Below are positions 1-9,346 of a stretch of 64,000 nt of DNA, in pieces; the stretch's first letter is position 1; every line of letters begins with the position of its first letter. Where the stretch lies: NCBI GenBank assembly GCA_963783375.1, contig CAWANH010000028.1, forward strand, positions 1,976,327-2,040,326, given 5' to 3'. The notes under the pieces are model-generated. The model saw only the letters and a program-made list of their open reading frames with translations. It did not search any database and was not told where the DNA came from. The DNA comes from Candidatus Eiseniibacteriota bacterium. Lineage in GTDB: Bacteria; Eisenbacteria; RBG-16-71-46; JABDJR01. Made by a program: the position numbers and the translations under genes.

Positions 1-252
1 CCGGGGGATGGAGGCGACCTCCGTTCGCAAACGCTCGGTGCTGCTTCGCTCGGATGGTCGTCGCGTCGACGGGAACCGGGATGCGGCCGGGCGGGCCGGA
101 GGCCTCGAGGCCGCGGCCCAGGACGCCCTCACCCCGGTCAAGGCCCGGACCAACCGGCGGCGCGGAAACGGAGACTGATTGGACATGAACCCGGCAGGAT
201 CGCTCGCGTCATTGCACCATGAAGGAACGCCTATCAAGCAGGAGATCCAACC

Positions 253-2145
253 ATGAAGCGCGGACTGATACCCATCATGCTCTTCGCCCTGGCGGTGGCC
301 GGAACGGCCCCCGCCTTCGCCCAAGCTCCGCGACAGGACATCATTTGGGCCAGGCAAACCACCTCTGCCATCACCCTGGACGGTAAGCTCGACGAAGCGG
401 ACTGGGCCAAGGCGGAGTCCACCATCGTGGTCTTCGGGACGGACAACGGCGTCCCGGGAAGCGGTTGGAAGATCGAGGGAGGCACCCTCCCCAACGACAC
501 CACCTACGCGGTGCTCAAGCTACTGGTCAAGGACAACCAGCTCTATCTGGGAGCGCAGATAAAGGACCGGTCGATCGGTGGGTCCAAGGACTTCAACCGC
601 TTCGACGGCCTCCTCATGAACATCCCGGACCACTCGATCGCCACCGCCCCCAAGCCGCCGACGGAGTACCTGTACTCCTGGTGGTATCCCAATGAGGACA
701 GCACCGGCGCGCCGGGCCAGCTCCCGAGCTTCAAGGGATCCTGGGCCCCGGACAGCGTGGGCGCCCCACGGGACTCCACCCAGATCGCCAACTGGGACGC
801 CGTCACCATCGTGCACGGCCTCTCCAATTCCGACGCGGTTCCCGACACCGGCTACACCGTGGAAATGCGCTTCAACCTCACCCCCATGGGCTACGACGTC
901 ATGCAGCCCGGCGGGGGCATCATCGAGTGGAGCGTTTCCGTCTACGACTGCGACTGGCTGTGGCCGCTCGACGTGTTCCACCTGAGCTACAACCGGGTGT
1001 GGTGGCAGAACCCGTGGGGAAACACCTACTGGTACGATCTCGTCCACGTCTTCTCGCGTCCGAGCGTGACGGTGAACTCCGGAGCGGTGCCCTACGTGGG
1101 ACCGGAATACTACGTCCCGGACGGAAACGCCTATGCCGCGCCCACCGTCGACGGCCAGCTGGACGAACCCATCTGGAGCCAGATCCAGGGCTTCGACATC
1201 CGGTACGACGACGACCCCCTGCGCCAGACCTATCCGGGCATCGGACCCTACCGGTCCGGCCAGTACCAGGCCCCGGTGAACGGCCGCACCGACGCGGTGC
1301 TCGATCCGGGCGACGCCACGGTCAAGATGTTCTTCCAGGACAGCACGCTCTACATGGGCTTCGACGTGCGGGACCAGGCGGTGCAGTACGTCTCCAACTT
1401 CGATCGTTGGGACGGCATCCTCCTCACCTTGAACGACCGGACGCTCCGGAATGCGGACAACGTGCTTTTGCCCCGCCGGCTGTCGTTCCAGGTGGGGGCG
1501 AGCGGGAACGCCGTGCCCTCGGACTATCTGGCCACCCTGGTGAACGAGGGAGGCGCGGAGGTGGCGATACACCTCAACGCGGGGACCACGGTTGACACGC
1601 TGGGGGCGTCGGCGGACAACGGGTACACCGCGGAACTCAAGATCCACCTCACGCGATTGGGCTATCCCCCCGACCTGGGGGACGGCTCCCTGTTCATCGG
1701 GATGTGCCTGCTCGACGGCGACACGTTCAACTCCCTCAGCATCGCCACCGGAACCCGGACCTGGTGGTTCCGGCAGTACGAAGGCGACTGCTGCGCGGCC
1801 TGGGCCTACCTGGCCTCGGGCACGTCGGTCACCGGGGTGGAGAACCCTCCCATTCCGGTCACCCAGCGCTATACCCTGATGGGCAGCTTCCCGAACCCGG
1901 CTTCCCGCACCACGATCCAGTATTCGCTGGGCGCGCCGAGTGAGGTGAACCTGGAGATCTTCGATGTCTCCGGCCGCCTGGTCACCAGCCGGGACCTGGG
2001 CGTCCAGGAGGCGGGCGTGCGGAACGCGGCTTATGACGGGAGCGGACGGGCCGCGGGCGTGTACCTGTACCGCCTCAAGGTTTCCGATCCCGCCACCGGA
2101 TCGTTGCGGGCCGTGCTTCACGGCCGCATGGTCCTCACCCGGTAA
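253..2145 (+). CDS. Secreted protein with two CBM9-like sugar-binding domains and a C-terminal T9SS/FlgD-Ig-like sorting domain
   Basis: AGGAG RBS and signal peptide (AFA-Q). Two CBM9-type starts (AITLDGKLDEADW, APTVDGQLDEPIW). C-terminal VTGVE...SFPNP...IFDVSGRLV...GVYLYRL. Confidence 0.75.
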   Translation: MKRGLIPIMLFALAVAGTAPAFAQAPRQDIIWARQTTSAITLDGKLDEADWAKAESTIVVFGTDNGVPGSGWKIEGGTLPNDTTYAVLKLLVKDNQLYLGAQIKDRSIGGSKDFNRFDGLLMNIPDHSIATAPKPPTEYLYSWWYPNEDSTGAPGQLPSFKGSWAPDSVGAPRDSTQIANWDAVTIVHGLSNSDAVPDTGYTVEMRFNLTPMGYDVMQPGGGIIEWSVSVYDCDWLWPLDVFHLSYNRVWWQNPWGNTYWYDLVHVFSRPSVTVNSGAVPYVGPEYYVPDGNAYAAPTVDGQLDEPIWSQIQGFDIRYDDDPLRQTYPGIGPYRSGQYQAPVNGRTDAVLDPGDATVKMFFQDSTLYMGFDVRDQAVQYVSNFDRWDGILLTLNDRTLRNADNVLLPRRLSFQVGASGNAVPSDYLATLVNEGGAEVAIHLNAGTTVDTLGASADNGYTAELKIHLTRLGYPPDLGDGSLFIGMCLLDGDTFNSLSIATGTRTWWFRQYEGDCCAAWAYLASGTSVTGVENPPIPVTQRYTLMGSFPNPASRTTIQYSLGAPSEVNLEIFDVSGRLVTSRDLGVQEAGVRNAAYDGSGRAAGVYLYRLKVSDPATGSLRAVLHGRMVLTR

Positions 2146-2228
2146 CCCCCCCGGCGGATCGGGCGGGACGAGGCCTCCGCGCCCCGCCCCGTCCGGTCGC
2201 CGGGATTCATCGAAGCAAAGGAGACGCG

Positions 2229-4895
2229 GTGGCAGGCCACAGGAGCCGGACGGCGGTGGGGATGGCCGTCCTCGGAATCGGGATGCTGTGCGTGGTGGCG
2301 GCGGCCATGGCGGGCACCACCGGCAAGATCGCCGGGACGGTGACCGACCAGGACGGGAAACCGGTGGTGGCGGCGACGATCAAGGTCGTCGACCAGCCGA
2401 TGGGCGCCTACGCGGATCAGAACGGCCAGTTCACGATCCTGAACGTTTCGCCGGGGACCTACGAGGTGAGCATCGGCCGCCTGGGTTACCGGACCACGGT
2501 GGTCAACAACGTCGCGGTGTCGGCGGACAACACCACCCGCCTCGACGTGACCATCAAGGAGGCGGCGGTGAAGACCGAGGAGGTCGTGGTCACCGCAAAG
2601 CGGCCCATGGTGGACGTGAACCTCACCAGCACCCGGGCCACCCTCTCCAGCAAGGAGATCGAGAACCTCCCGGTCCAGGAGCTCGAAGACGTGGTGAACC
2701 TCCAGGCCGGTGTGGTGAACGGCCATTTCCGCGGCGGCCGAATCGGCGAGGTGCAGTACCAGGTGGACGGCGTGAGCGTGAACAACGCCTTCAACAACAC
2801 CTCGGCGGTGCGGGTGGATCGCTCCCTGCTCCAGGAGGTCCAGGTGATCAGCGGGACCTTCGACGCGGAGTACGGCCAGGCCATGAGCGGGGTGGTCAAC
2901 GCCGTGCTCAAGACGGGGACCAGCAAGTTCCAGTGGGGCGGGGAGGCCTTCACCGGCGGCTACGTCTACCCCGGGGACGGCAGCGCCCGCCTCATGTCGG
3001 ACAAGGTGCATCCCTTCGCCCTCCAGAACTACCAGATCAACCTGAGCGGACCCCTTCCCCTCGGGAAGACCGTGTATCTCCTGAGCGGCCGGCGCTCCCT
3101 CTCCGACAGCTGGGTGTACGGTGAGCGGCGGTTCGTCCCCACCGACTCCTCGGACTTCGAGAACAAGGTGTTCAATCCCACCGGGGATCGGAAGCGCGTC
3201 CCCCTGGGCTACTCCCGGGAATGGTCGGGGGTGGTGAAGATCACCAACACCTCCATCGCCAACACCAAGCTCAACTACCAGGCGCTCCTGAACCGCGTGG
3301 ACGGACGCCAGGACGATTGGGCCTATCGCCTGAATCCCGACGGTCTCTCCAAGCAGTGGACGTTCGCCATCTCCCACGGCCTGGACATCAACCACACCCT
3401 GGGGAAGGCGTCCTTCGTGAACCTGGCCTTCCGGCAGAACTACCTGCACTACAAGGACCGCGTCTACGACAACGTCTACGACGCGCGGTACGACTCGGCC
3501 GGGGCGCCGACCGGCGACCCGACCTACGATATGGGGGCCTTCGTGCAGGGGGTCTCGTTCACGCGCTTCGAGCAGGAGACCAACACGCGATTGTTCGACG
3601 GCTCCCTGGTGAGCCAGGTGACCCCCGAGCACCAGGTGAAGGCCGGGCTGGAGCTGCAGTTCCCCAAGGTCCGCTTTGGATCTCCGGGTTCCCTCACCTA
3701 CACCACGGTCAACGGCGTTCTGACCCTGGTCCGGCACGAGAACGACCCGCCCGACTATCCGGGGGTGGAGGAGTACAATCCGGTCTTCGGAGCCACCTAC
3801 CTCCAGGACCAGATGGAGCTGAAGGATCTCACGGTGCGGGCAGGGGTCCGCCTCGAGTACTTCGACGCGCGCTCCACCGTCCCCAGCGACCTGGCCAACC
3901 CGGCCAACGCCATCGCCGGGGCGCCGGAGTCGCACCAGAAGGGCACCACCGTCAAGACCAGCCTGGCCCCGCGATTGGGGGTGGCCTATCCCATCACCGA
4001 TCGGGCGGCCATCCATTTCGCCTACGGGCACTTCTACCAGTTCCCGGCCATCGGACAGATCTTCTCGAATTCGGACTACCGGGTGCTGGCCAACATCCAG
4101 GCCGGGGGGATCAGCTACGGGGTGCTGGGGAATCCGGACGTGAAGCCCGAGAGAACGGTGCAGTACGAGTTCGGGTACAAGCACGCGCTGACCGAGGACC
4201 TGGGGCTGGACGTCACCGCGTTCTACAAGGACGTTCGGGATCTCCTGGGGGTGGAGTTCGTCTCGACCTACAACGGGGCCGAGTACGCGCGGCTGGCCAA
4301 CGCCGACTTCGGAAACGTGGTGGGGCTCACCCTCTCCCTGGACGATCGCAAGCTCGGGCCGGTCTCGTTCACCATGGACTACACCTGGCAGCTCGCGACC
4401 GGGAACTCCAGCGACCCCCGGGAGACCGCGACCCGGGCGGCGGCGGGGGAGGACCCCCGGCCGCGGATCGTTCCGTTCAACTGGGACCAGCGGCATACCT
4501 TCAACATGACGGTGTCCATGAACCGGTCCGGCGACTACACCGCCAGCGCGGTGCTCCGGTTGGCCAGCGGCCAGCCGTACACCCCGGTCATCACCTCCGG
4601 TTTCGGGCACGGACTCGAAGACAACTCCGGGCGGAAGCCGGCGGGAATGCTCCTGGATTTCCGGGGGGAGAAGTTCCTGGGATTCGGCCACCCCCAGGTC
4701 AGCGTGTTCGGACGGGTGTTCAACGCCTTCGACACCCGGTACTTCAACAACTCGGTCTTCCCCAGCACGGGGAGCCCGTACTACTCGCGATTCCCCAGAT
4801 CGGACGAGAACGCCCTCGCCAATCCCACGCGCTTCTACGAACCGAGGCGATTCGAGATGGGGATCACGGTGAGGCCGGGAGGCGGGAACTCATGA
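2229..4895 (+). CDS. TonB-dependent receptor with N-terminal carboxypeptidase-regulatory-like domain
   Basis: GTG start after AAGGAG. Signal peptide, GTTGKIAGTV domain, EEVVVTA, plug (FRGGRIGEVQYQVDG, GTFDAEYGQAMSGVVN) and beta-barrel strands. Confidence 0.9.
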   Translation: MAGHRSRTAVGMAVLGIGMLCVVAAAMAGTTGKIAGTVTDQDGKPVVAATIKVVDQPMGAYADQNGQFTILNVSPGTYEVSIGRLGYRTTVVNNVAVSADNTTRLDVTIKEAAVKTEEVVVTAKRPMVDVNLTSTRATLSSKEIENLPVQELEDVVNLQAGVVNGHFRGGRIGEVQYQVDGVSVNNAFNNTSAVRVDRSLLQEVQVISGTFDAEYGQAMSGVVNAVLKTGTSKFQWGGEAFTGGYVYPGDGSARLMSDKVHPFALQNYQINLSGPLPLGKTVYLLSGRRSLSDSWVYGERRFVPTDSSDFENKVFNPTGDRKRVPLGYSREWSGVVKITNTSIANTKLNYQALLNRVDGRQDDWAYRLNPDGLSKQWTFAISHGLDINHTLGKASFVNLAFRQNYLHYKDRVYDNVYDARYDSAGAPTGDPTYDMGAFVQGVSFTRFEQETNTRLFDGSLVSQVTPEHQVKAGLELQFPKVRFGSPGSLTYTTVNGVLTLVRHENDPPDYPGVEEYNPVFGATYLQDQMELKDLTVRAGVRLEYFDARSTVPSDLANPANAIAGAPESHQKGTTVKTSLAPRLGVAYPITDRAAIHFAYGHFYQFPAIGQIFSNSDYRVLANIQAGGISYGVLGNPDVKPERTVQYEFGYKHALTEDLGLDVTAFYKDVRDLLGVEFVSTYNGAEYARLANADFGNVVGLTLSLDDRKLGPVSFTMDYTWQLATGNSSDPRETATRAAAGEDPRPRIVPFNWDQRHTFNMTVSMNRSGDYTASAVLRLASGQPYTPVITSGFGHGLEDNSGRKPAGMLLDFRGEKFLGFGHPQVSVFGRVFNAFDTRYFNNSVFPSTGSPYYSRFPRSDENALANPTRFYEPRRFEMGITVRPGGGNS

Positions 4896-7800
4896 CCGGC
4901 GGGGAACGGAGGAGGTTTCGTGAGGCGAAGGAGATCGGTGTGGCGCGCATGATCAGGGTGCGGAGGCTCGCGCTGGCCGCGGTCGCTCTCGCCGCCCTGG
5001 CCTGGCTGGGGATCGCCTGGGCCGGCGTGCCGACCCCGGTGCCCAAGAACCAGCGGGGGCGTCTGGACGCGGAGCGGTCCGGCACCCACGACGCGGCGAA
5101 CATCCGGACCTTGTTCTGGAACTACGGCATGGTGGGAGACTATCCCCCCGATCCCGGAAACGTGGATCTGAGCGTGTTCCATTCCGTCGAGGTGCCCAAG
5201 GGCAGCGGCATGGACTACTCGGATGGGATCACCCCCTTCGTGCTGGCCAAGATCAAGCAGCGGAACGGACTCGACGCCTACATCATGGAGACGGGGTTCC
5301 GCGAGCGCCAGGCCACCAGCCCCTACTACAACCGGATCATGCGGTTCGAGCCGCGGCCGGGCTACTTCCAGGCCGACCCCAGCATCAACAAGGGCCGCTC
5401 CCCGGCCATCAGCAACGATCCCCGGACCTGGCCCGACTTCTGGCCGGACAAGCTCGACCAGGCCGACGACCCGGGGTGGAAGGGGAGCTGGGACGGCTAC
5501 TTCGGGAAGGTCCCTAACGCCGACCAGGAAAGCTACATGGTGATGGACGACGACTTCTACGACGCCTGGGACTTCCGCCCGGACAGCCGGGACTCCACCC
5601 GCCGGGGGCTGGGGCTCAGGATCGAAGTCCGCGGGTTCCAGTGGGCGAACCCCCAGGCCCAGAACGTGATCTTCTGGCACTACGACATCACCAACGAGGG
5701 GACCACCGACTACGACGACAACATCGTCTTCGGCCTCTACATGGACTCCGGGGTGGGCGGGTCCGCTCTCTCCTGCGACGGGATCTACGAGTCGGACGAC
5801 GACAACGCCTATTTCGACCGCACCATCAACGACCAGATCCTGAACCTGGTCTACACCTGGGACAACCACGGGACCGGGGTGGACCTGACCAGCAACTGCG
5901 CCCGCACCGGGTACCTGGGCTACGCCTATCTGGAGACCCCGGGGAACGCCACCGACGGTATCGACAACGACAACGACGGGATCACCGACGAGGTCCGCGA
6001 CGGCGGCCCCGGGGACGTGATCGAGGGGAAGGACGCCATCCGGGCCTACGTCGAGAGCCACTACAACATGGTCAAGTTCGTGGCCACCTACGGACCGCTG
6101 GAGAATCGCCCGCCGTATCGGGCCGGGCGCTGGTGGACCGGCGACGAGGACATGAACTGGAACCAGGAAATCGACGACGTGGGGGCGGACGGGGCGCGGG
6201 AGACCGGGGACCTCGGGGAAGGGGACGGGATCCCCACCGAGGGCGAGCCGAACTTCGACCGCACCGATCTCAACGAGTCGGACCAGATCGGGCTCACCGG
6301 TTTCAAGCTGAACCGGATCAAGGCCGGCCAGGGAAACCCCAACACCGATGTGGACGGGATCGTCTTCTACACCGACAAGGCCAACTGGCCCCAACGGCTC
6401 TACGAGCAGTTCACCGATCCCGATTCGTCCAAGCGATACGATCCTCCGCTGACCACCAACTACAACATCGGCTTCCTGTTCGCCTCGGGTCCCTTCGTCC
6501 TGAAGGCGGGAAAGACCGAGCGGTTCAGCTTGGCCCTGGCCTACGGGGGGGATCTGAACGAGCTGAAGCGCACGGTCAAGGTGGTCCAGCAGATCTACAA
6601 CGCGAACTACCGGTTCGCGGTTCCCCCCGAGCTCCCGACCCTCACCGCCGAGTCGGGCGACGGCTACGTGCAGCTCTCCTGGGACGACGTGGCCGAGCGC
6701 GGGGCGGATCCGGTCACCGGCCAGTACGATTTCGAGGGGTACCGGATCTACCGATCCACGGATCCCGAGTTCCGGGATCCCCGGGTGATCACCAACGCCA
6801 CCGGAACCGGGCCGGTCGGAAACGGTCGTCCGATCGCCCAGTGGGACCTGGTGGACGGGAAGAACGGATTCTCCAACATCACGGTGGAGGGGGTCGCCTA
6901 CTACCTGGGGAACGACTCCGGGATCATTCACCACTGGACCGACACCACCGCGACCAACGGCCAGCAGTACTACTACGCGGTTACCGCCTACGACTTCGGC
7001 TCGGATTCGCTGGCCTTCTACCCCTCGGAGAACTCGATCGCGGTGTCGCGGACCCCCCGGGGCGGCACCATTCTCCCCAAGAACGTGGTCTCGGTGCGAC
7101 CCGAGCCGAAGGTCCTGGGATACGTGCCCGCCTCCACCGACGACGTCCAGCACGTCGCCGGCGACGGCACGGGCGCGGTGGCGATCCATGTGGTGAACTC
7201 CAACCTGGTTCCCGACGGCCATCTCATGAAGCTCGGGTTCACCTCGCCGTCCCCGGACAGCATCCGGGCCCGGACCTACTCCCTGGTGGACAGCACCACC
7301 CACCAGACGGTGATCAAGATCGGGGAGGATCTGGAGGGACTGGGGATCGGTCCGGTGGGCGCGGGGCTCCTGCCGGTGGTCCAGACCCAGCAGATACCGG
7401 CGGTGGATCCCTCACGGACCGGCTTCGCGGAGGGGAGCCCCACCAACGCCGGGCTCCTGGTGAGCTACAAATCCGGCCTCTCCCCCGATTTCCGGCGTCC
7501 CGGCTACCCGGACGACTTCACCGTCACGTTCCACGACGAGGTGGTGGACACCTCCCTGGTGGTCTTCCCGTTCAAGGTCGGTCAACCGGCGAAGTTCAAC
7601 GTGGTCATCCACGCTCCCGAGGGCGACCGGCGCGCGGACTTCATCTTCTACGATCCGGACAAGGATGGGACCCTGAGCCGGAGCGACGAGTACGTCGACA
7701 TGGTGACCTACTCGCCCTACCAGCCGGGCGTGGCCCAGTCGACCTGGCGCCTCCAGCTGGACCCGAACGTGCCCGGCGAAGGCGAGACGCGGCAGCCCCT

Positions 7801-8227
7801 CGGGGCCGGGGACGTCTTCCAGGTGCGTCTCACCAAGCCTTTCCAGGCCAGCGACGTCTTCCTCTTCACCAGTCACGGGGAGTATGTCGACGCGGCCAAG
7901 GCCAAGACGGACAAGGGATTCGAGCCCTACGTGGTTCCCAACCCCTACATCGGGTCGGCCAGCTTCGAGCCGGAGCGATTCGCCATCTCGGGGCGGGGGG
8001 AGCGGCGGATCGAGTTCCGGGGCCTCCCCAAGAAGTGTACGATCCGCGTCTACACCGTGCGGGGAGACCTGGTGCAGACCCTGCATCACGACGGATCCGA
8101 CGACGGGTTCGTGGCCTGGGATCTTCGCAGCAAGGACAACCTGGAGGTGGCGCCCGGCCTCTACGTCTTCCACGTGGACGGAGGCACCCTGGGATCGCGA
8201 ATCGGCAAGTTCGCGATCATCAAGTGA
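4892..8227 (+). CDS. Large secreted protein with DxDxDG Ca-binding-like motifs, an FN3-like region and a T9SS-like C-terminal domain
   Basis: True start is inside ORF 3221..8227: ATG 4892 overlaps the TBDR stop (ATGA); alternative GTG 4940 follows AAGGAG. Signal peptide, DGIDNDNDGITDE, FEGYRIYRS/YYYAVTAYD, C-terminal VVPNPY...WDL...GLYVFHV...GKFAIIK. Confidence 0.75.
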   Translation: MTGGERRRFREAKEIGVARMIRVRRLALAAVALAALAWLGIAWAGVPTPVPKNQRGRLDAERSGTHDAANIRTLFWNYGMVGDYPPDPGNVDLSVFHSVEVPKGSGMDYSDGITPFVLAKIKQRNGLDAYIMETGFRERQATSPYYNRIMRFEPRPGYFQADPSINKGRSPAISNDPRTWPDFWPDKLDQADDPGWKGSWDGYFGKVPNADQESYMVMDDDFYDAWDFRPDSRDSTRRGLGLRIEVRGFQWANPQAQNVIFWHYDITNEGTTDYDDNIVFGLYMDSGVGGSALSCDGIYESDDDNAYFDRTINDQILNLVYTWDNHGTGVDLTSNCARTGYLGYAYLETPGNATDGIDNDNDGITDEVRDGGPGDVIEGKDAIRAYVESHYNMVKFVATYGPLENRPPYRAGRWWTGDEDMNWNQEIDDVGADGARETGDLGEGDGIPTEGEPNFDRTDLNESDQIGLTGFKLNRIKAGQGNPNTDVDGIVFYTDKANWPQRLYEQFTDPDSSKRYDPPLTTNYNIGFLFASGPFVLKAGKTERFSLALAYGGDLNELKRTVKVVQQIYNANYRFAVPPELPTLTAESGDGYVQLSWDDVAERGADPVTGQYDFEGYRIYRSTDPEFRDPRVITNATGTGPVGNGRPIAQWDLVDGKNGFSNITVEGVAYYLGNDSGIIHHWTDTTATNGQQYYYAVTAYDFGSDSLAFYPSENSIAVSRTPRGGTILPKNVVSVRPEPKVLGYVPASTDDVQHVAGDGTGAVAIHVVNSNLVPDGHLMKLGFTSPSPDSIRARTYSLVDSTTHQTVIKIGEDLEGLGIGPVGAGLLPVVQTQQIPAVDPSRTGFAEGSPTNAGLLVSYKSGLSPDFRRPGYPDDFTVTFHDEVVDTSLVVFPFKVGQPAKFNVVIHAPEGDRRADFIFYDPDKDGTLSRSDEYVDMVTYSPYQPGVAQSTWRLQLDPNVPGEGETRQPLGAGDVFQVRLTKPFQASDVFLFTSHGEYVDAAKAKTDKGFEPYVVPNPYIGSASFEPERFAISGRGERRIEFRGLPKKCTIRVYTVRGDLVQTLHHDGSDDGFVAWDLRSKDNLEVAPGLYVFHVDGGTLGSRIGKFAIIK

Positions 8228-8235
8228 GCGCGACC

Positions 8236-9255
8236 ATGGAGCGGTTGATGAGGAAATTCATCGGAGTCCTGGTCCTGACCGCGGTGCTCGGCCCGGGGCC
8301 GGCGTTCGCCCAAAGCAAGACCGGGACCACCATCGCCCAGTTCATGGGCATCGAGCCGAGCGCCCGGATCGCGGCCATGGGGAACGCGGGCGTCGCGCTG
8401 TTCGACGGCATTCAGGCCGCCTACTACAACCCCGCCGCCATCGGCTCGGTGCTGGACCCGGCGGTCCAGTTCACCCACAGCGCCTGGTTCGCGGGCATCT
8501 CTTACGACTACGTGGCCGGCGGTCTTCCCCTGAGCGCCGGCACCCTGTTCGCCAGCGTGACCGCTCTCAACTCGGGGGAGATCGACGTCCGCACCGTGGA
8601 CCAGCCGCTGGGCACCGGGGAGCGCTACACCGTTTCCGACTTCGCTCTTGGCCTGGGATTCGGGAGGAGCATCACCGATCGATTCGGCGCGGGGTTCCAG
8701 GTCAACTACATCAACGAGACGATCTGGCACAGCACCCTGAACGTGCTCACCTTCAGCGCGGGGACCGCCTACCGGCTGATGGACAACGGGTTGATGATCG
8801 GGGCCAGCCTCTCGAACTTCGGAACCAAGGGCAAGTACGACGGACGGGATCTGGCCATCCAGTACGACGCCGATCCGTCCCGATACGGGGACAACGGCTC
8901 GCTCCCGGCCAACCAGGCCACCGACGCCTATCCGGTGCCCATCCTCTTCCGGGTGGGATTCAGCCTCCCCCGTCAGATAACCAGCGATAGCGCGGTCCTC
9001 CTGGTGGCGGATGCGGCTCATCCCAACGACAACACCGAGAGCCTGAGCCTGGGCGGGGAGTGGGCCTGGAAGAACGCGGTGGCGGTGCGAGCCGGCTACC
9101 AGGGCCTGTTCCTGCGGGATTCGGACGTGGGGCTGACCCTGGGGGTCGGTCTCAAGGGGGGCCTGGGGGAGACCGGGTTCCAGTTCGACTACGCGTGGGC
9201 GAAACACGATCGCCTGCAGGAGACGCATCGCATGACCTTCGCGATTTCATTTTGA
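8236..9255 (+). CDS. PorV/PorQ-family outer-membrane beta-barrel protein
   Basis: 3' part of ORF 5641..9255 (ATG 8236 or 8248). Signal peptide, QFMGIEPSARIAAMGNAG, YYNPA, terminal Phe. Confidence 0.8.
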   Translation: MERLMRKFIGVLVLTAVLGPGPAFAQSKTGTTIAQFMGIEPSARIAAMGNAGVALFDGIQAAYYNPAAIGSVLDPAVQFTHSAWFAGISYDYVAGGLPLSAGTLFASVTALNSGEIDVRTVDQPLGTGERYTVSDFALGLGFGRSITDRFGAGFQVNYINETIWHSTLNVLTFSAGTAYRLMDNGLMIGASLSNFGTKGKYDGRDLAIQYDADPSRYGDNGSLPANQATDAYPVPILFRVGFSLPRQITSDSAVLLVADAAHPNDNTESLSLGGEWAWKNAVAVRAGYQGLFLRDSDVGLTLGVGLKGGLGETGFQFDYAWAKHDRLQETHRMTFAISF

Positions 9256-9346
9256 GCACGAGGCGCTGCCGGGGACATTTCCCCTCCCCGGGCGACGCCG
9301 TTCGGGTCCTGAGTCGGCGACGGGTGGAGATGGGGAACAGACCGGA

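Noticed and set aside
1-178. Possible 3' end of an upstream gene (frame open to a TGA near 176-178)
   Set aside because: No recognisable motif; it cannot be supported from this fragment.
3221-4891. N-terminal extension of the 1668-aa ORF
   Set aside because: Alternative-frame overlap with the TBDR; the real protein begins at 4892/4940 with a signal peptide.
5641-8235. N-terminal part of the 1204-aa ORF
   Set aside because: Arg/Gly/Pro-rich shadow frame; only the PorV-like part from 8236 is credible.
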